Origin: an uncultured Gemmatimonadales bacterium
GTDB taxonomy: Bacteria > Gemmatimonadota > Gemmatimonadetes > Gemmatimonadales > GWC2-71-9
Reading direction: 5' to 3'
NCBI GenBank assembly: GCA_965651715.1
Contig: CBFGTB010000003.1
Span: 1 to 41,671, forward strand
DNA length: 41,671 bases
Position 1 is the stretch's first letter; each line of letters starts with the position of its first letter. A program made the translations under genes and the position numbers. Positions 26,853-34,545 of the stretch are shown here, piece by piece. The notes below the pieces were generated by a model. That model worked only from the letters and a program-made list of their open reading frames with translations. It made no database searches and was not told where the DNA came from.

Positions 26853-28222
26853 CGGGTCGCCCGCCGATTCCAATCGCCCCGGGTGAAGTCGGGAAAGCGG
26901 ACCGGCGCACTGGACAGCGCCAGCGAGGCCTCGCTCAGCGGTCCCGGGGCGCTCCAGGCGGCGGCATCGTAGACATCAAAATCGGGTGGCAACCCCTCGC
27001 GCATGGTCTCGATCAGGCGGTAGGCCATGATGTAGTCCATGCCGCCGTGACCTCCCTTGGCGCGGGCGATGGCGCCGACCCGACGCCACAGTTCATGAGT
27101 GTACTGCGCCTTGATCTCATCGCTGAGTGGACGCCAGGTCTCGCCTCCCTCCTGACCCTCAAGGAACAGACGGGGAGGATAGTCGAGAAAGCCGCCGCGG
27201 GTTCCCCGGACCGAGTTGAGTCGCGAATAGGGCGTCGGCAGCGTGACGGCATGCTGCAGCAGAATGGTGCGGCCCAGCGCAGTCTTGATCAGCGAGCTGT
27301 TGAGATCGCCTTCGACGTACACCTCCTGCCACTTCGGTGAATCGTCGGGCACGTGGGCGGCACGCCACTCGCTCAGACCATATTCGGGAGTCGACATCGA
27401 GACCAGATAGTCAAACCGGTCGCCCTTATGGATGTCGAGATACCACGCGACCGGCCCGAGTCCATGGGTGGGATAGAAGTTGCCGTTGCGCTGGGTATGG
27501 GGCAGCCGCCGCCAGAGGCCCTCGTCGCGATCCTCAAACAGGATCTCGCGCAGATCATGGATGTAGGCGGCTTCGGCGTAGACGATGGTGCCGAAGGCGC
27601 CGGCTTTGACCATCGTGTCGACCAGCATCTCGTTGAAGTCGTAGCAACAGTTCTCCATCATCAGGCAGTGGCGCCGGGTGGCCTCGGAGGTGCGCACCAG
27701 CGCCCAGCAATCTTCGATCGTTGTTGCGATCGGCACTTCGCTGGCGGCGTGCTTGCCGGCGGTCATCGCGGCGAGACACACCGGGACATGCCACGGCCAG
27801 GGCGTGGCGGTGTAGACGATGTCGATGTCGTCGCGCTGGACCAGCCGCTCGAAGTCGCGCTCGCCGGCGGTATAGAGCGCCGGTGCCGGCTGACCGGCAT
27901 CGGTGACCATCTTCGCGGCCCGGGCGGCCTTCTCCGGGACGATGTCGGCCAGGGCGGTGATCCGCACCCCGTCGACGGCGAGCAGCTCGTTCAGCACCGA
28001 GCGGCCGCGCAGGCCGGTGCCGACGATCGCCAGCCGCACCGTCTCGTGCCGGGCGAAGGGCACGCCCATCATCGACGCCTCGCGCGCGCCGCGCGGTGGA
28101 GTCGCCGGCATCAGCGGGGCGGTGGGGAGCAGGGTCGCGGCGCCGGACAGCCCGGCGGCCTTGAGAAGATCCCGTCGACTGACGGAGCGGTCACGGCGGA
28201 AGCTGGACATGATCGGATCCAT
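26849..28222 (-). CDS. Tat-exported GH109 NAD+-dependent N-acetylgalactosaminidase (Gfo/Idh/MocA fold)
   Basis: Twin-arginine SRRDLLK, GTGLRG, ATPWPWH, MENCCY, YPTHGLGP, GGHGG; start 28222 or 28210. Confidence 0.88.
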   Translation of the reverse strand: MDPIMSSFRRDRSVSRRDLLKAAGLSGAATLLPTAPLMPATPPRGAREASMMGVPFARHETVRLAIVGTGLRGRSVLNELLAVDGVRITALADIVPEKAARAAKMVTDAGQPAPALYTAGERDFERLVQRDDIDIVYTATPWPWHVPVCLAAMTAGKHAASEVPIATTIEDCWALVRTSEATRRHCLMMENCCYDFNEMLVDTMVKAGAFGTIVYAEAAYIHDLREILFEDRDEGLWRRLPHTQRNGNFYPTHGLGPVAWYLDIHKGDRFDYLVSMSTPEYGLSEWRAAHVPDDSPKWQEVYVEGDLNSSLIKTALGRTILLQHAVTLPTPYSRLNSVRGTRGGFLDYPPRLFLEGQEGGETWRPLSDEIKAQYTHELWRRVGAIARAKGGHGGMDYIMAYRLIETMREGLPPDFDVYDAAAWSAPGPLSEASLALSSAPVRFPDFTRGDWNRRATR

Positions 28223-28258
28223 GAGGGGAGCGGAGATGTGGTGTGGAGAATGCCCCTC

Positions 28259-28303
28259 ACGCTAGGCGCTCGCTGGCCGCTTCACAAGACCCCGCCCTAT
28301 GTT
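28259..28303. promoter_or_regulatory. Overlapping divergent promoters (GH109 operon on -, APC permease on +)
   Basis: Minus: TTGTGA (28287-28282)-17-TAGCGT (28264-28259); plus: TGGCCG (28274-28279)-18-TATGTT (28298-28303), 7 nt before ATG 28311. Confidence 0.5.
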
Positions 28304-28310
28304 TGAACCG

Positions 28311-29654
28311 ATGACCCATTCCTCCTCACGTCGGCGGCTGGGGTTCGCGGCGGCCCTGGCGACAGTGATCGCCAATATCGTCGGGACCGGGGTGTTCACC
28401 ACCCTGGGCTATCAGGTGAGCGAGACCCGCGACGGTTTCGCCTTGCTGATGCTCTGGGCCGTTGGTGGGGTGATCGCACTCACCGGCGCCTTGTCCTACG
28501 GCGAACTGGCGGCCGCGATCCGCGGCTCGGGCGGCGAGTACCGCTTTCTGGGGCGGATCTACGCGCCCGGGCTGGGGGTGATCGCCGGGTGGGTCTCGAT
28601 CGCGGTCGGCTTTGCGGCGCCGGTGGCGCTGGCCGCGATGGCGTTGGGCCGCTACGCCGGGCCGTTGATCGGCGTCCCCGACCGCTATCTGGCCATCATC
28701 GTGATCCTGGCGATGTCGGGGATTCACCTGCTGGCCCCCGAGACCGGCGGACGGGTCCAGGTCGCGGTGACGGCCGTCAAGGTGCTGCTGATCGCGGCGT
28801 TCATTGCGGCCGGTCTGATCAGTGGGCAGCAGACCGCGATCAGCTTTGCGCCCAGCGCGGAGTCGTGGCAGCAGATTGCCAGCGGCCCCTTCGCCATCGC
28901 GCTGGTGTTGGTGTCGTATGCCTATTCCGGTTTCAACGCGGCGGCCTACTTCCAGGGCGAGGTGGTCGCGGCCGAGCGCAATGTGCCGCGGGCACTGATT
29001 CTGGGCACGCTGCTGGTGACCGGGCTGTACCTGGCGCTCAACTGGGTGTTCCTGCGTGCGGCACCGATCGCCGACCTGACCGGTCAGCTCGAAGTGGGCG
29101 CGATCGCGGCCGAGCGGATCTTCGGTCCCGAGGGTGCGCGGGTGATGAGTGCCATCATCTCGCTGCTGCTGGTGTCAACAGTGAGTGCGATGACGTTGGC
29201 CGGCCCGCGAGTGATCGAGGCGATGGCGGAGGACCTGCCGCCGCTCAGGCCGCTGGCCGAGCGGACCGGGACCGGAGCGCCGGCTCGGGCCGTGCTGTTG
29301 CAGGGCGTGCTGGCGCTGGCCTTCGTGCTGACGAACTCCTTCGATGGGGTGTTGACCTACGCCGGGTTCACTCTGACGCTGTTTGCCCTGCTGGCGGTGG
29401 GGGGCGTGATGGTGTTGCGTCGGCGCGAGCCCCAGTTGCCGCGCCCCTATCACACCTGGGGCTATCCCTGGACGCCGCTGTTCTTCGTGGCGTTCTCGCT
29501 CTGGACCGTGGTGGTGGTGGTGCGGGACCGGCCGTTGCAGGCGGTTGGGGGAGCTGTGACGCTGGGGTTGGCGGCGCTGCTGACGTGGGTGGTCGGCGAC
29601 GGCGATGGCCGCCGCGGTTCAGACGCCGGTGGGAGCCGCGACGACGATCGGTGA
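28311..29654 (+). CDS. APC family amino acid permease
   Basis: ANIVGTGVF, SYGELAA...SGGEY, YSGF, RPYHTWGYP; 12 TM; start 28311 (alt. 28299). Confidence 0.92.
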   Translation: MTHSSSRRRLGFAAALATVIANIVGTGVFTTLGYQVSETRDGFALLMLWAVGGVIALTGALSYGELAAAIRGSGGEYRFLGRIYAPGLGVIAGWVSIAVGFAAPVALAAMALGRYAGPLIGVPDRYLAIIVILAMSGIHLLAPETGGRVQVAVTAVKVLLIAAFIAAGLISGQQTAISFAPSAESWQQIASGPFAIALVLVSYAYSGFNAAAYFQGEVVAAERNVPRALILGTLLVTGLYLALNWVFLRAAPIADLTGQLEVGAIAAERIFGPEGARVMSAIISLLLVSTVSAMTLAGPRVIEAMAEDLPPLRPLAERTGTGAPARAVLLQGVLALAFVLTNSFDGVLTYAGFTLTLFALLAVGGVMVLRRREPQLPRPYHTWGYPWTPLFFVAFSLWTVVVVVRDRPLQAVGGAVTLGLAALLTWVVGDGDGRRGSDAGGSRDDDR

Positions 29655-30209
29655 ACGCAGCAGGCGGGCCAGATCGTGGGGCAGTTCCTCTTCGTTGGTG
29701 AACAGGCGCCGCGCCGCTTTCCACCACGTGCTGCTGGAGCGGGGGACCGTCGATTCGATCACGCCCTTGCGCGAGTTTGAGGCGTGGATGTAGTGCCCAT
29801 CGCCGATATAAATCCCGACGTGATCGACCACCCGGCCGGTGCCGAAGAAGAGCAGATCGCCGGGAAGAAGCGCGGCAGTGTCCCGGGCGACCGGCCGTCC
29901 GACCCGCGACTGTTCGCGCGAGGTGCGCGGCAGGCTGATATCGAAGTTGGCCATCAGCCACTGGACCAGACCACTGCAATCGAACGCCTTGCCCGGCGAC
30001 GAGGCGCCCCAGCGGTAGCGGGTGCCGAGCTGCTCCCGGGCGAGGTCGACCAGCGAGTCGCGCTCGGCAGTCGGCATGAAGATGTGGGAAATGGCGGCGA
30101 ACGGCTTGTCACCCCGAACGAATCGGCTCTGGCCGGCGGCGGCGGAGGGCAGTGTTGCTGCCCCCAGCAGGGCAATGCCGAGCGACAGATGCGAAAGCCG
30201 AATTGTCAC
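29619..30209 (-). CDS. Secreted NlpC/P60 (C40) peptidoglycan endopeptidase
   Basis: Signal peptide, YRWGA, FDCSG, LPRTS, PGDLLFF, HVGIYIG, IHAS. Confidence 0.92.
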   Translation of the reverse strand: MTIRLSHLSLGIALLGAATLPSAAAGQSRFVRGDKPFAAISHIFMPTAERDSLVDLAREQLGTRYRWGASSPGKAFDCSGLVQWLMANFDISLPRTSREQSRVGRPVARDTAALLPGDLLFFGTGRVVDHVGIYIGDGHYIHASNSRKGVIESTVPRSSSTWWKAARRLFTNEEELPHDLARLLRSPIVVAAPTGV

Positions 30210-30305
30210 AGTAGCCGGGGTGAAGGTCAGGGTTCGAGGTGATGCGCGGCGAATGTCGCTCGGACAGGATAGCGCCTCGGCGGGGAGGCGTCCAGTCCCC
30301 GCCGC

Positions 30306-31031
30306 TCACTCGATGGCGAAAGTCACCCGGATGACCCCCGTGACATCCTTGTCCCGGTCGCTGGTGTCGTACATGCCGTAGTCGCTCACATCGGTCGACT
30401 GGCGCTTGCGCACCTGGAAGACCCCCACCCGGACGGCCTTGATTCGGCCCACCGCCGCCCCGGCGGCGTTGACGATCTCCTCGGCCCGGGCCCGGGCGTC
30501 GCGGGTGGCGTCGGCCAGCAGCGGGCCGCGGATGCTGGGGAGCTGGGCATAGAGATACTCGGGGGCCTGGGCCACCGCCGGTACCCCCTGATCGAGCAGC
30601 GGCGTGAGATCGGACGCCAGCTCGGCGATCCGGTCCACGTCAGGGCTGCGCACTTCGACCTGGATGGTCACCTGATAGCCCAGCACCCGCCCGGTGCGAT
30701 TGCCGTTGATCCACTCATCCTGGGCAAAGGTGGAGGGTGCCCGGGTGGTGATCGCGCTGTCGGGGAAGCCGGCCCGCTGGAGCCAGGCGCGCGTGGCCGC
30801 GGCGCCCGACCGGGCCTGATTTGTGGCGGCGATCTGCTCAGGCCGCTGAGCCACGATATCGATCCGCCAGACCGCCAGATCCGAGCGAATCGGCCGGGTG
30901 GCCGAGCCGGTGACTGTGATCTCATCGCCGGCGCGCTTGATACTCCGGACCGCCAGTGCACCGATCGCGGCCGCGATCACCACGGCGGCGGCAAGGATGG
31001 TGGCCGGGACGACATAGGGAGAGCGATTCAC
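30306..31031 (-). CDS. SIMPL domain (DUF541) protein
   Basis: N-terminal TM, ITVTGSA...SDLAVW, ATRDARARAE, KDVTGVIRVTFAIE. Confidence 0.85.
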   Translation of the reverse strand: MNRSPYVVPATILAAAVVIAAAIGALAVRSIKRAGDEITVTGSATRPIRSDLAVWRIDIVAQRPEQIAATNQARSGAAATRAWLQRAGFPDSAITTRAPSTFAQDEWINGNRTGRVLGYQVTIQVEVRSPDVDRIAELASDLTPLLDQGVPAVAQAPEYLYAQLPSIRGPLLADATRDARARAEEIVNAAGAAVGRIKAVRVGVFQVRKRQSTDVSDYGMYDTSDRDKDVTGVIRVTFAIE

Positions 31032-31938
31032 AGAATCCTCTGGCCGAAGCCACTGGCGACCAGCCCTACCGCAAGCTCGGCCGTGTGATTGAAGCGATCG
31101 AGGACGGGATTGACCTCCACCAGGTCCATCGAAACGACCCGTCGGGTGTCTGCGAGCATTTCCATCGCCAGATGAGCCTCCCGGTAGGTCGCGCCGCCGC
31201 GAACCGGCGTGCCCACGCCGGGTGCCTCCTGCGGATCGACGAAGTCGAGGTCAAGGGAGACGTGCAGGCCGGCCGTGCCCGCACTGATGCGCTCGATGGC
31301 ATCCTGCATCACGGCCCGCATCCCGCGTTCGTCGATCTCGCGCATGGTGTAGATCCTGACGCCCCACGCCGCGGCATGCTCGCGTTCCTGAGGATCGACC
31401 GAGCGGGCTCCGACGATGGCGACGTGCTCGGGCTGCACCGCCGGCTGATCGCCGGCGAGCTGAGTGATCGGGCTACCGCCGCGGCCGAGCAGTTGAGCCA
31501 CCGGCATGCCGTGGACATTGCCGGTGTCGCTGCTGGTGGGAAGATCAGGCCGAGCCGCTTGCCTCGGGCGGCCAGGGCGCGAGCGACCCCGGCGGCTGAC
31601 CCGGCGGCGATCGAGTGGTCGCCGCCGACCACCAGCGGGATCTTCCCCTCGGTGACGACCGCCGCTGTGCGCGAGGCCAGCTCGCGGCAGACGTCGGTGA
31701 TCGTGGGCAGGAAGTCGAGTCCGTGTCCGGCGCCCAGCGTTTCCCGGGTGGGGACCGGCACGTCGCCGGCGTCCTCGACCACGTGGCCGAGGGCTTCGAG
31801 CCGGTCCTCGAGTCGGGCCAGCCTGACCGCCGAGGGCCCCATCTCGACTCCTCGGCGCGATGCGCCGAGATCCATGGCGACGCCGAGGATGGTGATGGCA
31901 GGACGTGACGGAACGGCGGGGACACCAGGGTGGGACAT
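31028..31938 (-). pseudogene. rocF: Arginase, frameshifted by small deletion near 31541
   Basis: N-half GASRRGVEMGP, GGDHS in one frame; C-half GNVHGMP, SLDLDFVDP, GTPVRGG, VEVNP in another; DAHxD motif absent at the junction; SD GAGGAG upstream. Confidence 0.85.
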
Positions 31939-32048
31939 TGGGCACTCCTCCGGCGGGATGCATAGAATACAGCGAGCCTCCTGGTAGGATAGCCCGAGTG
32001 ACCACGCGGGTCATCCCCCGCAACGCCCACCTGGTATGGAGACGAGTC

Positions 32049-34475
32049 ATGTCATTGCGTTTTGCTTCCGCGCTGCTGTGCACAGTTCTGGCTGCCGCGC
32101 TGCCCCTGTCGGCCCAGCAGGGCTACCGCCAGCCGCCTCCGGTGATTCAGGCGATGCTCGATGCGCCGCCGACGCCCGGTCTGTCGCTCTCGCCCGGGCG
32201 GGACTGGTTCATCCTGACCGAGCGCGCCGGGCTGCCCTCGATCGCCGAGGTGGCCGAACCCCATCTCAAGCTGGCGGGGACGCGCCTCAACCCCCGCACC
32301 AACGGCGCGGTGTCCACCGGCGGCAATCGGGCCATGCGGCTGCGGCATGTCAGCGACGGTCGCGAGATTCCGGTCGCGGTGCCGGAGGGGGGCCGCCTGT
32401 CGGGGCCGAGTTGGGCGCCTGATGGCGGTCACTTTTTCTTCACCCAGACCACCGATCAGGGGATTGCGCTGTATCTCGGCGGTCTCGACGGCGCGGTGCG
32501 GCAATTGACGGAGCCGGTTCTCAACGGCGCGCATGGTTCGCCGTGCAGTTGGCTCGACGGCGGCAGCGAGATCCTCTGTGCCCGCGTCCCGGCTGGCCGG
32601 GGCGAGGCGCCCCGCCCGCCGGCAGCGCCGAGCGGTCCGGTCACCCAGGAAACCAGCGGCCGCACCGCGCCGGAGCGGACCTACCAGGACCTGCTCGAGT
32701 CGCCCTATGATGAGGCCCTTTTCGCCTACTACTTCGCCACCCAGTATGTCATCATCGGCCTCGATGGTGCTGCGACGCCGCTGGGGCAGCCCGGGCTGAC
32801 CGTCTCGCTCAACCCGTCGCCCGATGGCCGCTACTTCATCGCGGAGACGCTGCATCGGCCCTTCTCCTACCAGGTCACCTGGAGCCGGTTCCCGTCCCGG
32901 ACGGCGATCTGGGATCGTCAGGGCCGCGAGGTCCGGCTGCTGCGGGACCATCCCCAGGTCGATCCGCAGTCGTCGGCCCGCGGCTCGGCTCGACCGGGAC
33001 CGCGGAGCTGGCGCTGGCGGGGCGACGCGCCGGCAACCCTGGTCTGGATCGAGGCGCTCGATGGCGGCGATCCTGAGGTCGCGGCGGACCACCGGGATCG
33101 GATTGTCATGCTTGACGCCCCGTTCGCCGCCGAGCCGACGACCTGGTTCGAGACCGAATGGCGGGCCGGCGGCATCACCTGGGGCCGCGACGATCTGGCT
33201 TTGGTCAGTGAGAGCTGGTCGCCCGAGCGGCGGGTCCGCACCTGGATCGTTGATCCGCGCGATCCGAGCGGATCGGCCCGGGTACTGTGGGACCGGACCA
33301 GCGACGATCGCTACGGCGATCCCGGTTCGCCGCTGATGCACACCGACAGCGCCGGACGCACCACGCTGTATGTCTCGCGCGATGGATCGGCGCTGTGGCT
33401 GCTCGGATCCGGCGCCAGTCCCGAAGGCGATCGCCCGTTCATCGATCGGCTCGACCTGGCCAGCTTGAAGACCACCCGGCTGTGGCGCTCCGAGGCGCCC
33501 TATTACGAGAGCGTCGTGGCGGCAGTGGACGCCGATCGGGGCAGCTTCATTACCCGGCGGGAGTCGGTGACCGAACCGGCAAACTACTGGCAGCGTGAGC
33601 TGATCCTGCGGCGCGCACCCCGCCAGTTGACCCGCTTCGCCGATCCGGCACCGGCCTTTGCCGGTGTGACCAAGCAGTTCCTGCAGTACACCCGCGACGA
33701 CGGCGTGTCGCTCACCGCGACGATGTATCTGCCCGAGGGGTACGAGCGCGATCGCGACGGCCGGTTGCCGTTTGTGTTCTGGGTCTACCCCGCGGAATTC
33801 GAATCGGCGGCTGCCGCCTCGCAGGTCCGGGGCTCGCCCTATCGCTTCACTCGGCCGAGCGGTGCCTCCCATCTGTATCTGCTGACCCAGGGGTACGGCA
33901 TTCTTGATAATCCGTCGTTCCCGGTGGTCAGCGTCGACGGCGGACTGCCAAACGACCACTATGTGGCCCAGTTGACCAGCTCCGCTCAGGCCGCGATCGA
34001 CACCATCGTGGCGATGGGAGTGGCCGACCGTGAGCGGATCGCGGTGGGCGGCCACTCCTACGGTGCCTTCACCACGGCCAATCTGCTGGCACACACCGAG
34101 TTGTTCCGAACCGGCATTGCACGCAGTGGTGCCTACAACCGCACCCTCACGCCGTTCGGTTTTCAGAATGAGCGCCGGACGTATTGGCAGGCGGAGCCGG
34201 TGTACCGCCGGATGTCGCCGTTCAGTTATGCCGACAGTCTCAACGAGCCGATTCTGTTCATTCACGGCCTCGACGACAACAACTCGGGCACCTTCCCGGT
34301 GCAGTCGGAGCGGATGTATGCCGCCGTGAAGGGGCACGGGGGCACTGCCCGGCTGGTGATGCTGCCGGGGGAGGCGCACGGCTACAGTGCGCGCGAGTCG
34401 GTCGGTACTGTGCTTGCCGAGATGACCGAATGGCTGGACCGCTACCTCAAACCCGCTCAGGCGATGGTCCCCTGA
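32049..34475 (+). CDS. Secreted S9 prolyl-oligopeptidase family peptidase (glutamyl-endopeptidase-like)
   Basis: Signal peptide, beta-propeller, GGHSYG, GAYNRTLTPFGFQ, DDNNSGTFP, EAHGY. Confidence 0.92.
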   Translation: MSLRFASALLCTVLAAALPLSAQQGYRQPPPVIQAMLDAPPTPGLSLSPGRDWFILTERAGLPSIAEVAEPHLKLAGTRLNPRTNGAVSTGGNRAMRLRHVSDGREIPVAVPEGGRLSGPSWAPDGGHFFFTQTTDQGIALYLGGLDGAVRQLTEPVLNGAHGSPCSWLDGGSEILCARVPAGRGEAPRPPAAPSGPVTQETSGRTAPERTYQDLLESPYDEALFAYYFATQYVIIGLDGAATPLGQPGLTVSLNPSPDGRYFIAETLHRPFSYQVTWSRFPSRTAIWDRQGREVRLLRDHPQVDPQSSARGSARPGPRSWRWRGDAPATLVWIEALDGGDPEVAADHRDRIVMLDAPFAAEPTTWFETEWRAGGITWGRDDLALVSESWSPERRVRTWIVDPRDPSGSARVLWDRTSDDRYGDPGSPLMHTDSAGRTTLYVSRDGSALWLLGSGASPEGDRPFIDRLDLASLKTTRLWRSEAPYYESVVAAVDADRGSFITRRESVTEPANYWQRELILRRAPRQLTRFADPAPAFAGVTKQFLQYTRDDGVSLTATMYLPEGYERDRDGRLPFVFWVYPAEFESAAAASQVRGSPYRFTRPSGASHLYLLTQGYGILDNPSFPVVSVDGGLPNDHYVAQLTSSAQAAIDTIVAMGVADRERIAVGGHSYGAFTTANLLAHTELFRTGIARSGAYNRTLTPFGFQNERRTYWQAEPVYRRMSPFSYADSLNEPILFIHGLDDNNSGTFPVQSERMYAAVKGHGGTARLVMLPGEAHGYSARESVGTVLAEMTEWLDRYLKPAQAMVP

Positions 34476-34485
34476 GTCGCTGACG

Positions 34486-34522
34486 ACAATGCGCCATGCC
34501 GGAGACCGGCATGGCGCATTGT
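34486..34522. terminator. Perfect 17-bp hairpin between convergent peptidase genes
   Basis: ACAATGCGCCATGCCGG-AGA-CCGGCATGGCGCATTGT followed by TTC. Confidence 0.8.
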
Positions 34523-34545
34523 TTCAGTCGCTGGCAGGCGCTGTG

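Noticed and set aside
24262-26910. 882-aa ORF as a long nucleotidyltransferase fusion
   Set aside because: Upstream part is an alternative frame of the symporter gene; real start is ATG 25083 coupled to the symporter stop
28222-28259. TGAGGGG...CCCCTCA inverted repeat as riboswitch/attenuator of the GH109 operon
   Set aside because: Only a 7-bp stem, and the predicted transcription start falls within or just after its upstream arm, so it would not form in the mRNA
31500-31560. Programmed ribosomal frameshift in arginase
   Set aside because: Essential DAHxD codons are absent in all frames, so frameshifting could not restore an active enzyme
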